The position numbers and the translations under genes are program-made. A stretch of 64,000 bases of DNA from Calditrichia bacterium (GTDB lineage Bacteria; Calditrichota; Calditrichia; JAJRVZ01), in assembly GCA_963796965.1 (NCBI GenBank), contig CAWCNS010000007.1:256001-320000 (forward strand), in the 5' to 3' direction. The notes beneath the pieces are model-generated. The model ran no database searches, had not been told where the DNA came from, and saw nothing but the letters and a program-made list of their open reading frames with translations. Shown piece after piece: positions 1 to 10,919 of this stretch (positions within the stretch are counted from its first letter, which is position 1; each line of letters opens with the position of its first letter).

Positions 1-891
1 AGCGGCAACAATCATCGTTCCTACGGCGAGAGGCCTCACCTGACGCATCCATACTTCTAAACTAACATCTATCCATGAACTGCCTGTGGCAACAAGCGCG
101 CTTAATTCAGGATTTAGAAAAACAAAAGCCGGCACTAGAAAAAGCCAACCTGATACGGCGCCGGCAAAGAGAACTGCTGATACACGCATTCCTACAATAA
201 AGCCCACACCAACTAAGGCCGGTGAAGCTGCTGGAGATTCGAAAAGAAAGCCGCCGCCATAATCAATATCTTTTCCAAGCATATTTATTTTTGATGAACT
301 CATGGGGAAAAAATCACGGACATAATCTTTAACCATATATATGCCGTTTGAATTTTTAAATAATTCCCAGAGAGCTGCCAGGCCCATTGCACTAAATACA
401 TAAACGGCACCTGTCTGCCCACCTTGACCGGCTTTTACAATTTCCGCGGCTGCAACACTTTCAGGAAATGGTAAGATCGGCTTCTTCAACTAGAGATCGG
501 CGTAAAATTATAACAAATAGCACACCAAGCACACCACCAATTAACATGATTGCGGTACTTTCCCAGTAGTGTAATTCATCCCAAACTCCACTAATAACAA
601 AGGCGGGAATGGTAAATATGGCCCCGGCAATCAATGCTTCACCAACCGAAGCAGTGGTTCTTGCCAGATTTTCTTCTAAAACTGTGCCATTAAAGAGACG
701 AAGTGCAGCCATGGCAACAACGGCAGCAGGAAAGGTTGCCGCTACAGTTAGCCCTGCCTTCATTCCAAGATATGCATTTGCAGCACCCAAAACGACAGCC
801 ATGATTATACCCAGAATAATAGCTTTTGAGGGATAATTCCTTCATGTCGGAATCAGCCGGAACAAAAGGTTTAAATTGACGATTTCTCCAT
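1..891 (-). CDS. OPT family oligopeptide transporter (runs off the window start; frameshifted)
   Basis: GAANAYLGMKAGLTVAATFPAAV...LEENLARTTASVGEA...FTIPA is the OPT/YSL signature. ATG at 891 has a GGAG RBS. Frame breaks near 885, 825 and 470. Confidence 0.88.
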
Positions 892-952
892 CTGTGCTCC
901 TGATATTTATTATTTAAATAAATGATGAGTTTTTGGCAGGAAAATTGCTTAG

Positions 953-981
953 AAACTACTTTTTAACCTAAAAAAAGTCAA
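953..981 (-). promoter_or_regulatory. sigma70-like promoter for the OPT gene
   Basis: Minus strand TTGACT-N17-TAGTTT about 60 bp upstream of the ATG. Confidence 0.45.
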
Positions 982-1176
982 GTTTTATTTGGACTTGAGG
1001 AATTGTATCAAACCAGCAGAGAGGATCGCAGAGAATGTCAGCCCCTTAAAGAGTGGATCTCTAATCATTAATAAATACAATTGTTTACATCTATTAATCA
1101 CCCTTGAATTCAATTTGCAATAAGTTTAAAGATTGATTAAGTTAAGTCTGATTTTTTAAAGGGCTTTACACAAAAA

Positions 1177-1904
1177 ATGCGGTTTCGCCTTCAGGTAGAA
1201 TATGACGGGTCAGCCTATTCTGGTTGGCAAGTACAAAATGGTCAGGTGACAATTCAAGGAGAAATTGAAAAAGCATTAACGACCATTTTTGGCATCAAAT
1301 TGGAATTATTGGTGCGGGGCGAACTGATAGTGGTGTACATGCTCGCGGCCAGGTCGCCCATTTTGATTCTGAAAGTGATATTGAAACATCCGGAAAATCC
1401 TGCGTTCTCTGAACGGGATCTTGAATAAAGATATTCGAATAACTGATAATTCAATCTGTAGATCCCGAATTTTCATGCCCGCTATAATGCTAAAATTACG
1501 TGTCTATCGGTATTACATCTCTCAAAAACCGATTGCATTATTATAGAAATTATTCTTGGCAAGTTTATTGGGGACTAAATCTTTCATATATGAATGATGC
1601 CTGCCAAATGGATCGCCGGATGTCATGATTTTAAAAGTTTTTGTCGCGAATTATCTGAGGTAGAAAATCACTTTTGCACCGTCCGTCTTGCCCAATGGGA
1701 GATGCAAGATGACATGATTGTTTTTCAATTGAAGCAAACCGTTTTCTTCATGGTATGGTTCGGGCACTGGTAGGGACATGGTTGATATCGGCAGGGGCAC
1801 CGTAAATCTGATGATATTATTAAAATTATTGAAGCAAAAAACCGCATCTTTGCAGGGCCTTCAGCACCCGCGAGGGTTTGGTGCTGGAAAAAGTACATTA
1901 TTAA
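1177..1904 (+). CDS. truA: tRNA pseudouridine(38-40) synthase (multiple frameshifts)
   Basis: EYDGSAYSGWQVQ; GAGRTDSGVHARGQVAHF in a shifted frame; ANRFLHGMVRALVG; C-terminal LEKVHY*. Confidence 0.9.
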
Positions 1905-1928
1905 GCAATAGAATGGAAGGAGTCTTTA

Positions 1929-2578
1929 ATGAAAATTTTTATTGATACAGCAAATATAGATGAAATAAAAGAGGCGGCAAGTCTTGGTGTTCTCGATGGC
2001 GTTACTACAAATCCGACCCTGATATCCAGGGAAGAAGGACATCCGATGAAATTCTCAAGGAAATCTGTCAGATCGTTGATGGTCCGATCAGTGCCGAAGT
2101 CGTTGCTCTCGATTCGCCGGGTATGATTAAAGAGGGGACAGTTCTAGCGAAAATTCATAACAATATAGTTGTCAAGATTCCGATGACAACAGAAGGAATG
2201 AAAGCGGTGTATGCATTAAACGCCGATGGAATTCGCACAAATGTTACCCTTGTTTTTACTGCTATGCAGGCATTGTTAGCTGCAAAAGCCGGGGCAAGTT
2301 TTGTCAGTCCTTTTGTGGGACGATTGGATGATATTTCTACAGAAGGAATGGAGTCTGTATCCCAGATAGTGCAGATTTTCGGTAATTATAGCATACAGAC
2401 AGAAGTAATTGTTGCAAGTATTCGTAATCCCCTTCATGTTCTCGATGCTGCTTTGATGGGAGCAGATATCGCTACAATTCCCTTTAAAGTAATTGATCAA
2501 TTATCAAAACATCCTCTTACCGATAAAGGAATCGAAGAATTTCTGCGGGATTGGGAAAAAGTTAAAGCAAGAATGTAG
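1929..2578 (+). CDS. tal: transaldolase / fructose-6-phosphate aldolase (frameshift near 2045)
   Basis: [41 protein letters not shown]. Confidence 0.92.
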
Positions 2579-2592
2579 TACAGATATTGAAC

Positions 2593-3809
2593 ATGAAAAA
2601 ATTATCCCTTAAATCTTTGTTTATATTTATTTTTGGTATTGTTGCTGGGTTTTTTATCTACCTGCATTTTAGTGCTGAATTTGGTCAGGATTCCGTTAGT
2701 CAGGATTCACTTTGGGTCGATCAATGCCAATGCTGATCTTCGAATGGGGAGATAACCGACGAATCTATATCAATCCCGCCAAAACAGCATTACAAAAGCG
2801 GTAGAGAGAGTTAAGTCCTACGGTTGTGGGAATTAACATTACTCCGTGAAAGAGAATTTGTCAGGCGAAGTCCTTTCTAGGAGCACGAAGATCCTATATT
2901 TAGGCAATTGTTTCCGGAACTTTTTAAAGATAAGCCGATATAAACATCAATCATTTTCCCTTGGTTCGGGTTTTATCATTTCTCCCGATGGTTATATTCT
3001 AACAAATGAGCATGTTGTGGAAAATGCTAAGGAGATTGAAGATAACGATGACGGATGGCACAAAAGCGAGGCAAGAATTATCGGAACTGATCCGACATCA
3101 GATGTGGCCTTACTTAAAATCGATTTGGAAAATATACCATTATGCAAAATTTGGAGATTCAGATAAGATTATATCGGGAGAATGGGCAATTGCCATAGGC
3201 AATCCTTTCGGATTGTTTGAGATTAACAGTCGGGCTACAGTAACAGTTGGTGTGATAAGCGCATTAAACAGAGATTTTGGTGAAATTGAAGGGCGGATGT
3301 ATCAGGATATGATTCAAACTGATGCATCTATTAACCAGGGAAATAGTGGTGGCCCGCTATGCAATGCCGTTGGTGAAGTCATTGGCATGAATACTTTTAT
3401 TTATATTGATAGAGGCAGAGGGTTCCGTTGGGATTGGATTTGCCATTCCGATAAACCGTATATCAAGACTCATCGAAGATTTAAAAGAAAACAAAACGAT
3501 TGACCGTAGATTTTTGGATCGGGATCCGTGTTCAGGATCTGGATCGAGAGAATTGCTCAAGAATATGGGTATGACAACGGGAATGGCGTCATTATATCAT
3601 ATATCGACAGACGAAGTCCTGCAGAAAAAGCGGGTCTCGAACTTGGAGATATCATCATTAAAATTGGTAATCATCCTATCTTAAATGCAAAAGATGTTGT
3701 AGAGGCAATATTTGAAGAGGATTACCGGGTTGGGGATTCAATGCCTGTAGAAGTTTGGCGTGAAGGAAAAGTATTTAAAACTGAACTGGACCTAATAAAG
3801 ATTAAATGA
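2593..3809 (+). CDS. HtrA/DegP-type serine protease with one PDZ domain (multiple frameshifts)
   Basis: [59 protein letters not shown]; hydrophobic N-terminus from ATG 2593. Confidence 0.9.
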
Positions 3810-3816
3810 TAAAAAG

Positions 3817-5120
3817 ATGATTGAAAGATATACTTTACCTGAAATTGCTGAGATTTGGAGTGACAAAAATCGTTTTAAAATTTGGCTGGAAATTGAAATT
3901 CTTGCTGTAGAAGCCCTGGTTAAGCAAGGAATTGTCCCCGCGTCCGCATTTGAAAAAATTAAAGAAAAAGCAGATTTTGATGTAGCTCGAATTCTGGAGA
4001 TCGAGGAAGAAGTAAAACATGATGTAATTGCATTTCTGACTAATGTTGCTGAATATGTCGGTGAAGAAGCCCGTTATATACATTATGGTATGACTTCATC
4101 AGATGTTCTTGACACAGCTCTTGCTGTTCAGATGGTTCAGGCCGCTGGGCTTATTAAGGATCAGCTAAAATGACCTCATTAAAATTGTTGGAAAAAGAGC
4201 CCTAGAAACAAAGGATATGTTGATGGTTGGGCGCTCCCACGGAGTACATGCAGAACCAATTACATTTGGACTGAAATTAGCCTCTCTGGTATGATGAACT
4301 AAAGCGACAACATAGTCACGACTTGATGAGGCAATCGAATCAGTGCGGGTGGGGCAAATATCGGGCGCTGTAGGTACCTTCGATCATCTTAGTCCGGAAG
4401 TTCAGGATTTTGTTTGCGAAAAATTAGGACTAAAATCTGCAAATATATCTTCACAAATTTTACAACGTGACCGCCATGCCCATTATGCCAGCACCCTGGC
4501 AATAATTGGTGGGACATCTGGAAAAAATTGCTGTTGAGATAAGGCATCTGCAGCGAACGGAGGTACTTGAGGCCACGGAACATTTTTCCAAAGGGCAAAA
4601 AGGTTCGTCTGCTATGCCGCATAAGAAAAATCCGATTATTAGCGAACGGATTAGTGGGATGGTTCGGCTATTGAGAGGAAATGCACTTGCCGCTATGGAA
4701 AACATGGCATTGTGGCATGAAAGAGATATTTCGCATTCTTCGGTTGAGCGGGTTATCCTTCCTGATTCCACTATTACTCTCTATTATATGCTAAAAAAAA
4801 CATGCAATTTATACGGGATCTTGATTTGTATCCGGAGAATATGAAAAATAATATGGATATTAACCCATGGTTTAGTGTATTCTCAGGCTGTTTTTCTTGC
4901 TCTTACTCAAAAAGGGGTAAGTAGGGAAGATGCTTACCGGTTGGTCCAGCGCAATGCAATGAAGGTATGGGATGATCAGATTTCTTTTAAACATGCACTC
5001 AACCAGGATATAGAAATTGGAAAATCTCTGACAAAAGAGGAAATCGAGAGCCTTTTTAATATTGATAACAGATTAAAAAATCTTGATTCTATATTTAAAA
5101 AAGTCGGTTTAATTAATTAG
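3817..5120 (+). CDS. purB: adenylosuccinate lyase (frameshifted)
   Basis: [48 protein letters not shown]. Confidence 0.95.
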
Positions 5121-5843
5121 TGGAGGTATCGTTGGCGAGTAGAAAAATACTATACGACACAGGTTTAAAAAAGGTGTATGACGGAGATTCTGAAGACCAG
5201 CTGATCGTTGGTTTTAGTGATAACCTCATGGGCATTGACGGAAAACCTAATGGAAAAGTAAAAGGTAAGGCATCGGGTAATAATGCTATTTCAGCCCAAA
5301 TTTTTGAATATCTTAGCAGTTATAATATTTTAACACATTATATTTCAAAATTTAGCGATAAGGAAATGCAGGTCAAAAATCTGGACTTGATTCCAATAGA
5401 TATAATTATTGCAAATGTTGCAGATAAAGTCACTCAGCAAGAGATATGGTTTTGAGGATGGATCTATTTTGAGCACTCCGGTTATTGAATGTTATTATAA
5501 GAATGAGAAATTTAAAAATCCAATGGTTAATGAGTCCCATCTCTCGGCTCTTGATTTAATAACTACAGAAGAGATCCATTTATTTAACCGCATAATTGCC
5601 AAGACTAATGCTGTTCTTAGATCATATTTTGAACGACGAAACCTTTTTTTAACTGAATTGCGTTTACAAATTGGTCGTTATAGAGGTAATTTGTATATCG
5701 GTGACGAAATATCGCCAGATACCTGTAAATTTTGGGGGATAGAGGGCGAACTCAAGTATGACAAGGACAGTTACATAGTTGAAAAGAGTAATCAATCTAA
5801 TGCATATAAAAAAGTAATGGAAAAGCTAATAGGAAGCGCATAA
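5120..5843 (+). CDS. purC: SAICAR synthetase family protein, divergent active site (frameshift near 5425)
   Basis: GKASGNNAIS, THY, NPMVNESH, GDEISPDTCKFW, DKD; follows purB. Confidence 0.75.
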
Positions 5844-5844
5844 A

Positions 5845-6489
5845 ATGATTGCAACAGATGGAATAAAAATAATAATAATAACCGCTATGCTGTTATTTTC
5901 AGTCTCTTATTTTAACTTATTTTTTTCCAGTATGGGATTAAAAATATTATCAGTAATTCTTGCTATTGTTTTTCTATTTAATTTTTACTTTTTTCGCGAT
6001 CCCGAGCGTGTTATCCCTTCTGGAGAAAATCTGATTCTCTCCCCGGCAGATGGAACTGTGGTATTAATTGAAGAGGTTGAAGAGCCTTATTATTTTAAAG
6101 AGAAAGTGTTGAGAGTAAGTATCTTCTTATCTGTATTCAATGTACATGTTAACCGAATTCCGGTGAAAGGCAAGGTGGAATTTGTTAAGTATATTAAGGG
6201 GAAATTTCTGGTTGCATTTGCAGATAAAGCTTCTGAAGAGAACGAGCAATCAATAATTGGTATCCGCCATGAAAAGGGAAAGATCTTATTTAAACAAATT
6301 GCAGGTATTATAGCCCGTCGAATTGTCTATAATGTTGAAGAGGGCGATTCAGTCTCTGCGGGAGATCGTTTTGGTTTAATTCGATATGGTTCACGGGTTG
6401 ATGTATTTTTTCCAAAGAACACAAAACTAAATGTAAAACTTAAAGATAAAGTTGTTGGAGGTGAAAGTATCCTGGGAGAATTCGAATAA
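5845..6489 (+). CDS. psd: phosphatidylserine decarboxylase (short type)
   Basis: FFRDPER, SPADG, IFLSVFNVHVNRIP, QIAGIIARRI, RYGSRVD (GS cleavage site). Confidence 0.95.
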   Translation: MIATDGIKIIIITAMLLFSVSYFNLFFSSMGLKILSVILAIVFLFNFYFFRDPERVIPSGENLILSPADGTVVLIEEVEEPYYFKEKVLRVSIFLSVFNVHVNRIPVKGKVEFVKYIKGKFLVAFADKASEENEQSIIGIRHEKGKILFKQIAGIIARRIVYNVEEGDSVSAGDRFGLIRYGSRVDVFFPKNTKLNVKLKDKVVGGESILGEFE

Positions 6490-6490
6490 G

Positions 6491-7214
6491 ATGAAAGTCT
6501 CTCGTTCGATTGTACCCAGTTTTTTTACTGTCGGAAATATGTTTTGTGGTTTTTATTCAATCATTGCTGCTTTTAATGGCCGTATAACTCTTGCTGCCTG
6601 GTTGATATTTGCCGGAGCTTTTCTTGATGCAATGGATGGCAAAGTTGCCAGGTTTACAAAATCCTCAAGCCGTTTCGGTGTGGAATATGATTCTTTTGCG
6701 GATATTATTACTTTTGGATTAGCGCCATCTATTTTAATCTACACTGTATTTATGCATGATATGAAATTTGTTGGTATTCTTCTTAGTTTTTTACCCTTAT
6801 TATTTGGAGGGATTCGTCTGGCCCGATTTAACATTCAGTTGAAGGGTTTTGATAAAAATTATTTTTCTGGATTGCCAATTCCAGTGGCCGCACTTACCCT
6901 TTCTAGTTTTGTTATTTTTTCTAATTTTATTTATGGGAGTGTTGATAAATTTCCTAAAACGATGATTATTATGGTTTTTGTTGTATCCATATTGATGGTT
7001 AGTACAGTTCGATACGAGACTATGCCGACATTAAATTTCAAAGGATCAACGAAGGACAAGGTAAAAGTACTTCTGGTTATTTTAGGTTCAATTTTGTTAA
7101 TTCTTTTTCCTCATATTATGTTATTTCCATTTATGATTATTATATATTATGTCTGGTTTGGTGGTTTGGATATTGCGAATAAATACGGATAATTCTATTG
7201 AGAAGGATATATAA
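6491..7214 (+). CDS. pssA: CDP-diacylglycerol-serine O-phosphatidyltransferase (probable frameshift near 7140)
   Basis: DAMDGKVAR...FGVEYDSFADIITFGLAP, RLARFN, FSGLPIP; directly after psd. Confidence 0.92.
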
Positions 7215-7215
7215 A

Positions 7216-7458
7216 TTGAAAGTCAAAGTTAAAGTATTATTAAAAGAAGGTATTTTTGATCCCCAGGGTAAAGCTGTTCATCATGCTATTCGGGACCTAA
7301 AATACAAGGGTGTTGAAGAGGTAAGAATTGGTAAATATATTGAACTCACCTTCGAAAACCTGGATAAGGCACTTGTCGAACAGGAAGCCAGAGAAATCTG
7401 TGATAAATTACTCGCAAATCCAGTAATGGAAAATTTTGATTTTGAAATTGAGGAGTAA
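7216..7458 (+). CDS. purS: FGAM synthase subunit PurS
   Basis: [29 protein letters not shown]. Confidence 0.93.
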   Translation: MKVKVKVLLKEGIFDPQGKAVHHAIRDLKYKGVEEVRIGKYIELTFENLDKALVEQEAREICDKLLANPVMENFDFEIEE

Positions 7459-7460
7459 AT

Positions 7461-8168
7461 GTGAAGATAGCTGTAATAGTTTTTCCTGGTTCCAATTGCG
7501 ATCACGATGCTTATTATGCATTGAAAAAGATTCTTGGTCAGCCAACTGACTTTGTTTGGCACAAGGAAACAAATCTATCAGATTATGACCTCATTGTTCT
7601 TCCAGGCGGCTTCTCATATGGTGATTATTTGCGCTGTGGCGCAATAGCCCGGTTTTCACCAGTGATGAAAGAGGTTGTAGCGAAGGCAAAAAATGGTGCG
7701 GGCGTCATCGGTATATGTAATGGATTTCAAATATTAACAGAATCCGGTCTTCTTCCTGGTGCTTTAATCCGCAACAACAATAGACAGTTTATTTGTAAAG
7801 ATGTTAATTTAAGAGTTAAAAATAGCAAGACGAATTTCACGCATCTCTGCAACGAAGGAAGTGTGCTTACAGTTCCAATCGCTCATGGAGAAGGAAATTA
7901 CTATTGCAGCAGGGAGGAATTGAAAGATCTTGAAATAAACAATCAGATTGTTTTTCAATATTGCACACCTGGTGGAAGTACAGGTCCGGAGGGTAATCCT
8001 AATGGATCTATTAATAATATCGCGGGTATAATTAACAAAGCAGGTAATGTTCTGGGAATGATGCCACATCCTGAACGTAATGCTGAAAGTATAATTGGGA
8101 ATTCTGACGGTAAAAAGATTCTGGATTCTCTGGTAGAAGAGTTATACAAGGAATTAAAATATGCGTAA
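7461..8168 (+). CDS. purQ: FGAM synthase subunit PurQ
   Basis: [39 protein letters not shown]. Confidence 0.97.
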   Translation: MKIAVIVFPGSNCDHDAYYALKKILGQPTDFVWHKETNLSDYDLIVLPGGFSYGDYLRCGAIARFSPVMKEVVAKAKNGAGVIGICNGFQILTESGLLPGALIRNNNRQFICKDVNLRVKNSKTNFTHLCNEGSVLTVPIAHGEGNYYCSREELKDLEINNQIVFQYCTPGGSTGPEGNPNGSINNIAGIINKAGNVLGMMPHPERNAESIIGNSDGKKILDSLVEELYKELKYA

Positions 8169-8425
8169 AAAAAGTACGGCTTTTATTATATTTATCATTA
8201 TTCTCGGGGCTTTGATAGGAACAGCTTTGGGTGAAGTTATAGGTATACTTAGTACCAAATGGGGTTGTACAGGATTTTTTCCTTAAATCAGCCTCTGCAA
8301 GTGTAGGACCCGCCACTCTTGATATTATTCTTTTTACGATAACACTTGGCTTTTCATTTAAAATCAATGTCACCGGCATTATAGGAGTTTTAATAGCGGC
8401 ATATGCCTTACGTTGGGTCGATTAA
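8161..8425 (+). CDS. small membrane protein, DUF4321-like (absent from ORF track; frameshift near 8250)
   Basis: Manual translation [30 protein letters not shown] / [57 protein letters not shown]; start overlaps the purQ stop. Confidence 0.72.
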
Positions 8426-8447
8426 ATTATAAGAAAGGATAGATACT

Positions 8448-8699
8448 ATGTTTGGAATAGGAACAACAGAATTAGTTATTATCATGTTTATCATTCTCCT
8501 GATTTTCGGGGCAAAAAAACTGCCTGAACTCGCCCAGGGGTTGGGAAAGGGAATACGAGAGTTTAAAAAGGCCAGCAATGAAATTCAGGATGAATTAAAT
8601 TTTGACAGCACTGATCAGATCAAACCAACAACAGATACAACAAAATCTGATCCTGAGCCAAAATCAAAAGATGAAGAACCAATAAAAACAAATGATTAA
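8448..8699 (+). CDS. tatA: twin-arginine translocase TatA/E
   Basis: MFGIGTTEL...LLIFGAKKLPELAQGLGKGIREFKKA. Confidence 0.95.
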   Translation: MFGIGTTELVIIMFIILLIFGAKKLPELAQGLGKGIREFKKASNEIQDELNFDSTDQIKPTTDTTKSDPEPKSKDEEPIKTND

Positions 8700-8903
8700 T
8701 GTAAACGATTATTAAACATGCTTTCTCATTGTGTATCTTATATACAATATCAGGTAATAATTAAGCACCCGATTGGCTGAAAATTTAAACGAATACTATA
8801 TAAATTTTGTATTTAGATAAAGTATTGGCTTAGATGTACTGTTATTTTCTTTCTTTTTATTCAGGAAATTCGTTATGTTGATTTACTAAAAGTATGATTC
8901 CTG

Positions 8904-9689
8904 ATGGATAAAAATTTTAAATATATCAGTAAGATTTGTTTTTGTCAGATAACGTTACCATTAATTATTTTTGCTTCCTTTTGTGTCACTTATGGCCAAA
9001 TCGGTTTAAAAGTGCAGGAGCCCCTGCCAGAAAATCAATATAGCGATACTTTAGGGGTGGTATTTCCCCATCCTGTTTTGCCATTGTGGAATTGGAGAAT
9101 CTTAAATGACCAATATTTGCAGGTTGAGAAATCTTCAGATGGATTAAACGTATATGATTATATCTCTCCTGATTATATGCCTCGAAATCCATTTGAATTA
9201 GATCTGCGGGGAACTTCAAATTATGTCCCGAGAGAAGTACGGGACGAGTTAAATCTTATCATGAATCGCCCCAGAGACGCTGCATTTCTGCCCATACTCC
9301 CGGTCGCCTTCCTGGCTCTTCAGCTAGCCAGCCAATATCTGCTTATTAGTAAAAAGATAGAAATAACCGCAGATAATATTCAAAATAGCAGAAGTGCTCT
9401 TTCTGTTTTGGAAGTTCTTTGGGCTGAGAGTCCCCAGACAATGACACAGATGTATAAACATCCCATTATCTCAAATAGTCATACCATGAATCAAATGCAG
9501 GATCTTGTTTACCTGCTTATCGATAATAAACTGGTGAAATCAAGGAAAATTGATAATGCGGAAACAAAATATTTTTCAGCAATAGATAAGTTACATTATG
9601 AGAATATATTAAGCAGAGCAAGGGCGAAGAAAGAGGAGTTATCCCAACCGGAATCTGCTCTGTTTGGGTCTGAGCAAGGAGAAAAATAA
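8904..9689 (+). CDS. hypothetical membrane protein with C-terminal BlaI/MecI/CopY-like winged helix
   Basis: N-terminal hydrophobic segment, second hydrophobic segment AAFLPILPVAFLALQLA, then VLEVLWAESPQTMTQM...LIDNKLVKSRK...KYFSAI. Confidence 0.5.
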   Translation: MDKNFKYISKICFCQITLPLIIFASFCVTYGQIGLKVQEPLPENQYSDTLGVVFPHPVLPLWNWRILNDQYLQVEKSSDGLNVYDYISPDYMPRNPFELDLRGTSNYVPREVRDELNLIMNRPRDAAFLPILPVAFLALQLASQYLLISKKIEITADNIQNSRSALSVLEVLWAESPQTMTQMYKHPIISNSHTMNQMQDLVYLLIDNKLVKSRKIDNAETKYFSAIDKLHYENILSRARAKKEELSQPESALFGSEQGEK

Positions 9690-9695
9690 ATAGAA

Positions 9696-9733
9696 AAAAG
9701 AGGCATAAGATATTTTATCTCCCTGCCTCTTTT
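9696..9733. terminator. probable bidirectional intrinsic terminator
   Basis: AAAAGAGGCA...TGCCTCTTTT between convergent genes. Confidence 0.6.
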
Positions 9734-9761
9734 AATGTGTAGCAGATAATTATTTAAATTA

Positions 9762-10784
9762 CTAAAAATTTACACCTTCCACATATTGGTATTTGATAAC
9801 AGCCTCACCACCATTCTGACTTGCGAAGTTTTTTGCAACAAATTGAAGTTTCGCGTGATTTCCGGTTGCCGTCCGCATGATATAAACATTTGAATTGATC
9901 GTTAATTGGTGGGTCTGGATATTATAATCATACCAGGAATCGCCAATAGCATATTCTTTTACCTGTTTAGTTGTGTCATCGGTAACATATTTCCCTGCAG
10001 GGACAGTCATAATACTGTCAAAATCCATATTATCATATACATAGGCTGCACAATTAGCTGGCCCGCTACTACCGCCATTTGAATATATGGTTGTAAAATC
10101 GCTAAAGAAGTCCCAGTTTAATGAAGTGGATGGATCACTCAATTCCATTATTGCAGCATCTTTTAGACTAAAATAGGTTGGCGAACCTGCTATTAAAGGG
10201 AGTCTGGCCATTAAAACCCTGCCGATAACAGATTCTGTCTCTGCATTTGCCGGAGGGGTAACTTTCGCAACAACGATGGTTAGTTCTCCATCAGTCCTGG
10301 ATGTGAAAACGGCATCGGATATCCAGAATTTATAATATTCTCCATCTATAGCCTTTATAACGTATGAGTCATCACCCGGATTAACCGTATGGGTATTGAT
10401 ATCATAAAAATACCAATTTTCACCTATATAGGGTCCGGATTGGTCATCGGTTTCAAAAATATCATCCGGGGCAGCTGTAATATCTTCAAATGGCATGCCG
10501 GGCATAATTTTAGCATATACCGAACCTGGAGCAGTTGCTCCGCCATTCATTTTAATGTTCGTTAGATTCTCAATTGAAATGTCCCAATCCGGTTCGAATA
10601 AGGGATCGCTAATGGCTACAGAAGACAATTCCTCAAATTTAAGATAATATATTTCCGAAGCGGTGACAGTGAGTTTGAGTGTTTGACCTTTGGGCTCACC
10701 ACCGAGAGGATCATTCTCATTTGTGGAACAACTCATTAATCCTAAAAAAATAAAAAGTGATAATAAAAAAACTAAGTACTTCAT
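9762..10784 (-). CDS. hmuY: HmuY-family heme-binding lipoprotein with two tandem HmuY domains
   Basis: Lipobox LMSC. The pattern WD...NGG...F..I...P...TDD...IG..WY.Y...TH...Y.(I/M)(K/R)...G..K occurs twice. Confidence 0.8.
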   Translation of the reverse strand: MKYLVFLLSLFIFLGLMSCSTNENDPLGGEPKGQTLKLTVTASEIYYLKFEELSSVAISDPLFEPDWDISIENLTNIKMNGGATAPGSVYAKIMPGMPFEDITAAPDDIFETDDQSGPYIGENWYFYDINTHTVNPGDDSYVIKAIDGEYYKFWISDAVFTSRTDGELTIVVAKVTPPANAETESVIGRVLMARLPLIAGSPTYFSLKDAAIMELSDPSTSLNWDFFSDFTTIYSNGGSSGPANCAAYVYDNMDFDSIMTVPAGKYVTDDTTKQVKEYAIGDSWYDYNIQTHQLTINSNVYIMRTATGNHAKLQFVAKNFASQNGGEAVIKYQYVEGVNF

Positions 10785-10919
10785 TGAATTCTCCTTGGTT
10801 TATATTAAACTGTGAATTAGCCCAATTTTAACCATGATTAAGTTTAAAAGTTTAGGGCGTGTTTACATTAGAATAAACAAACTGTTATCTTTGCGACTTT
10901 GCGCTTTATACTATTCCCC

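Noticed and set aside
1177..5843. Pseudogene or programmed-frameshift calls for truA, tal, degP and purB
   Set aside because: Motifs are intact and breaks are scattered across the window, including in infB; there is no consistent slippery site.
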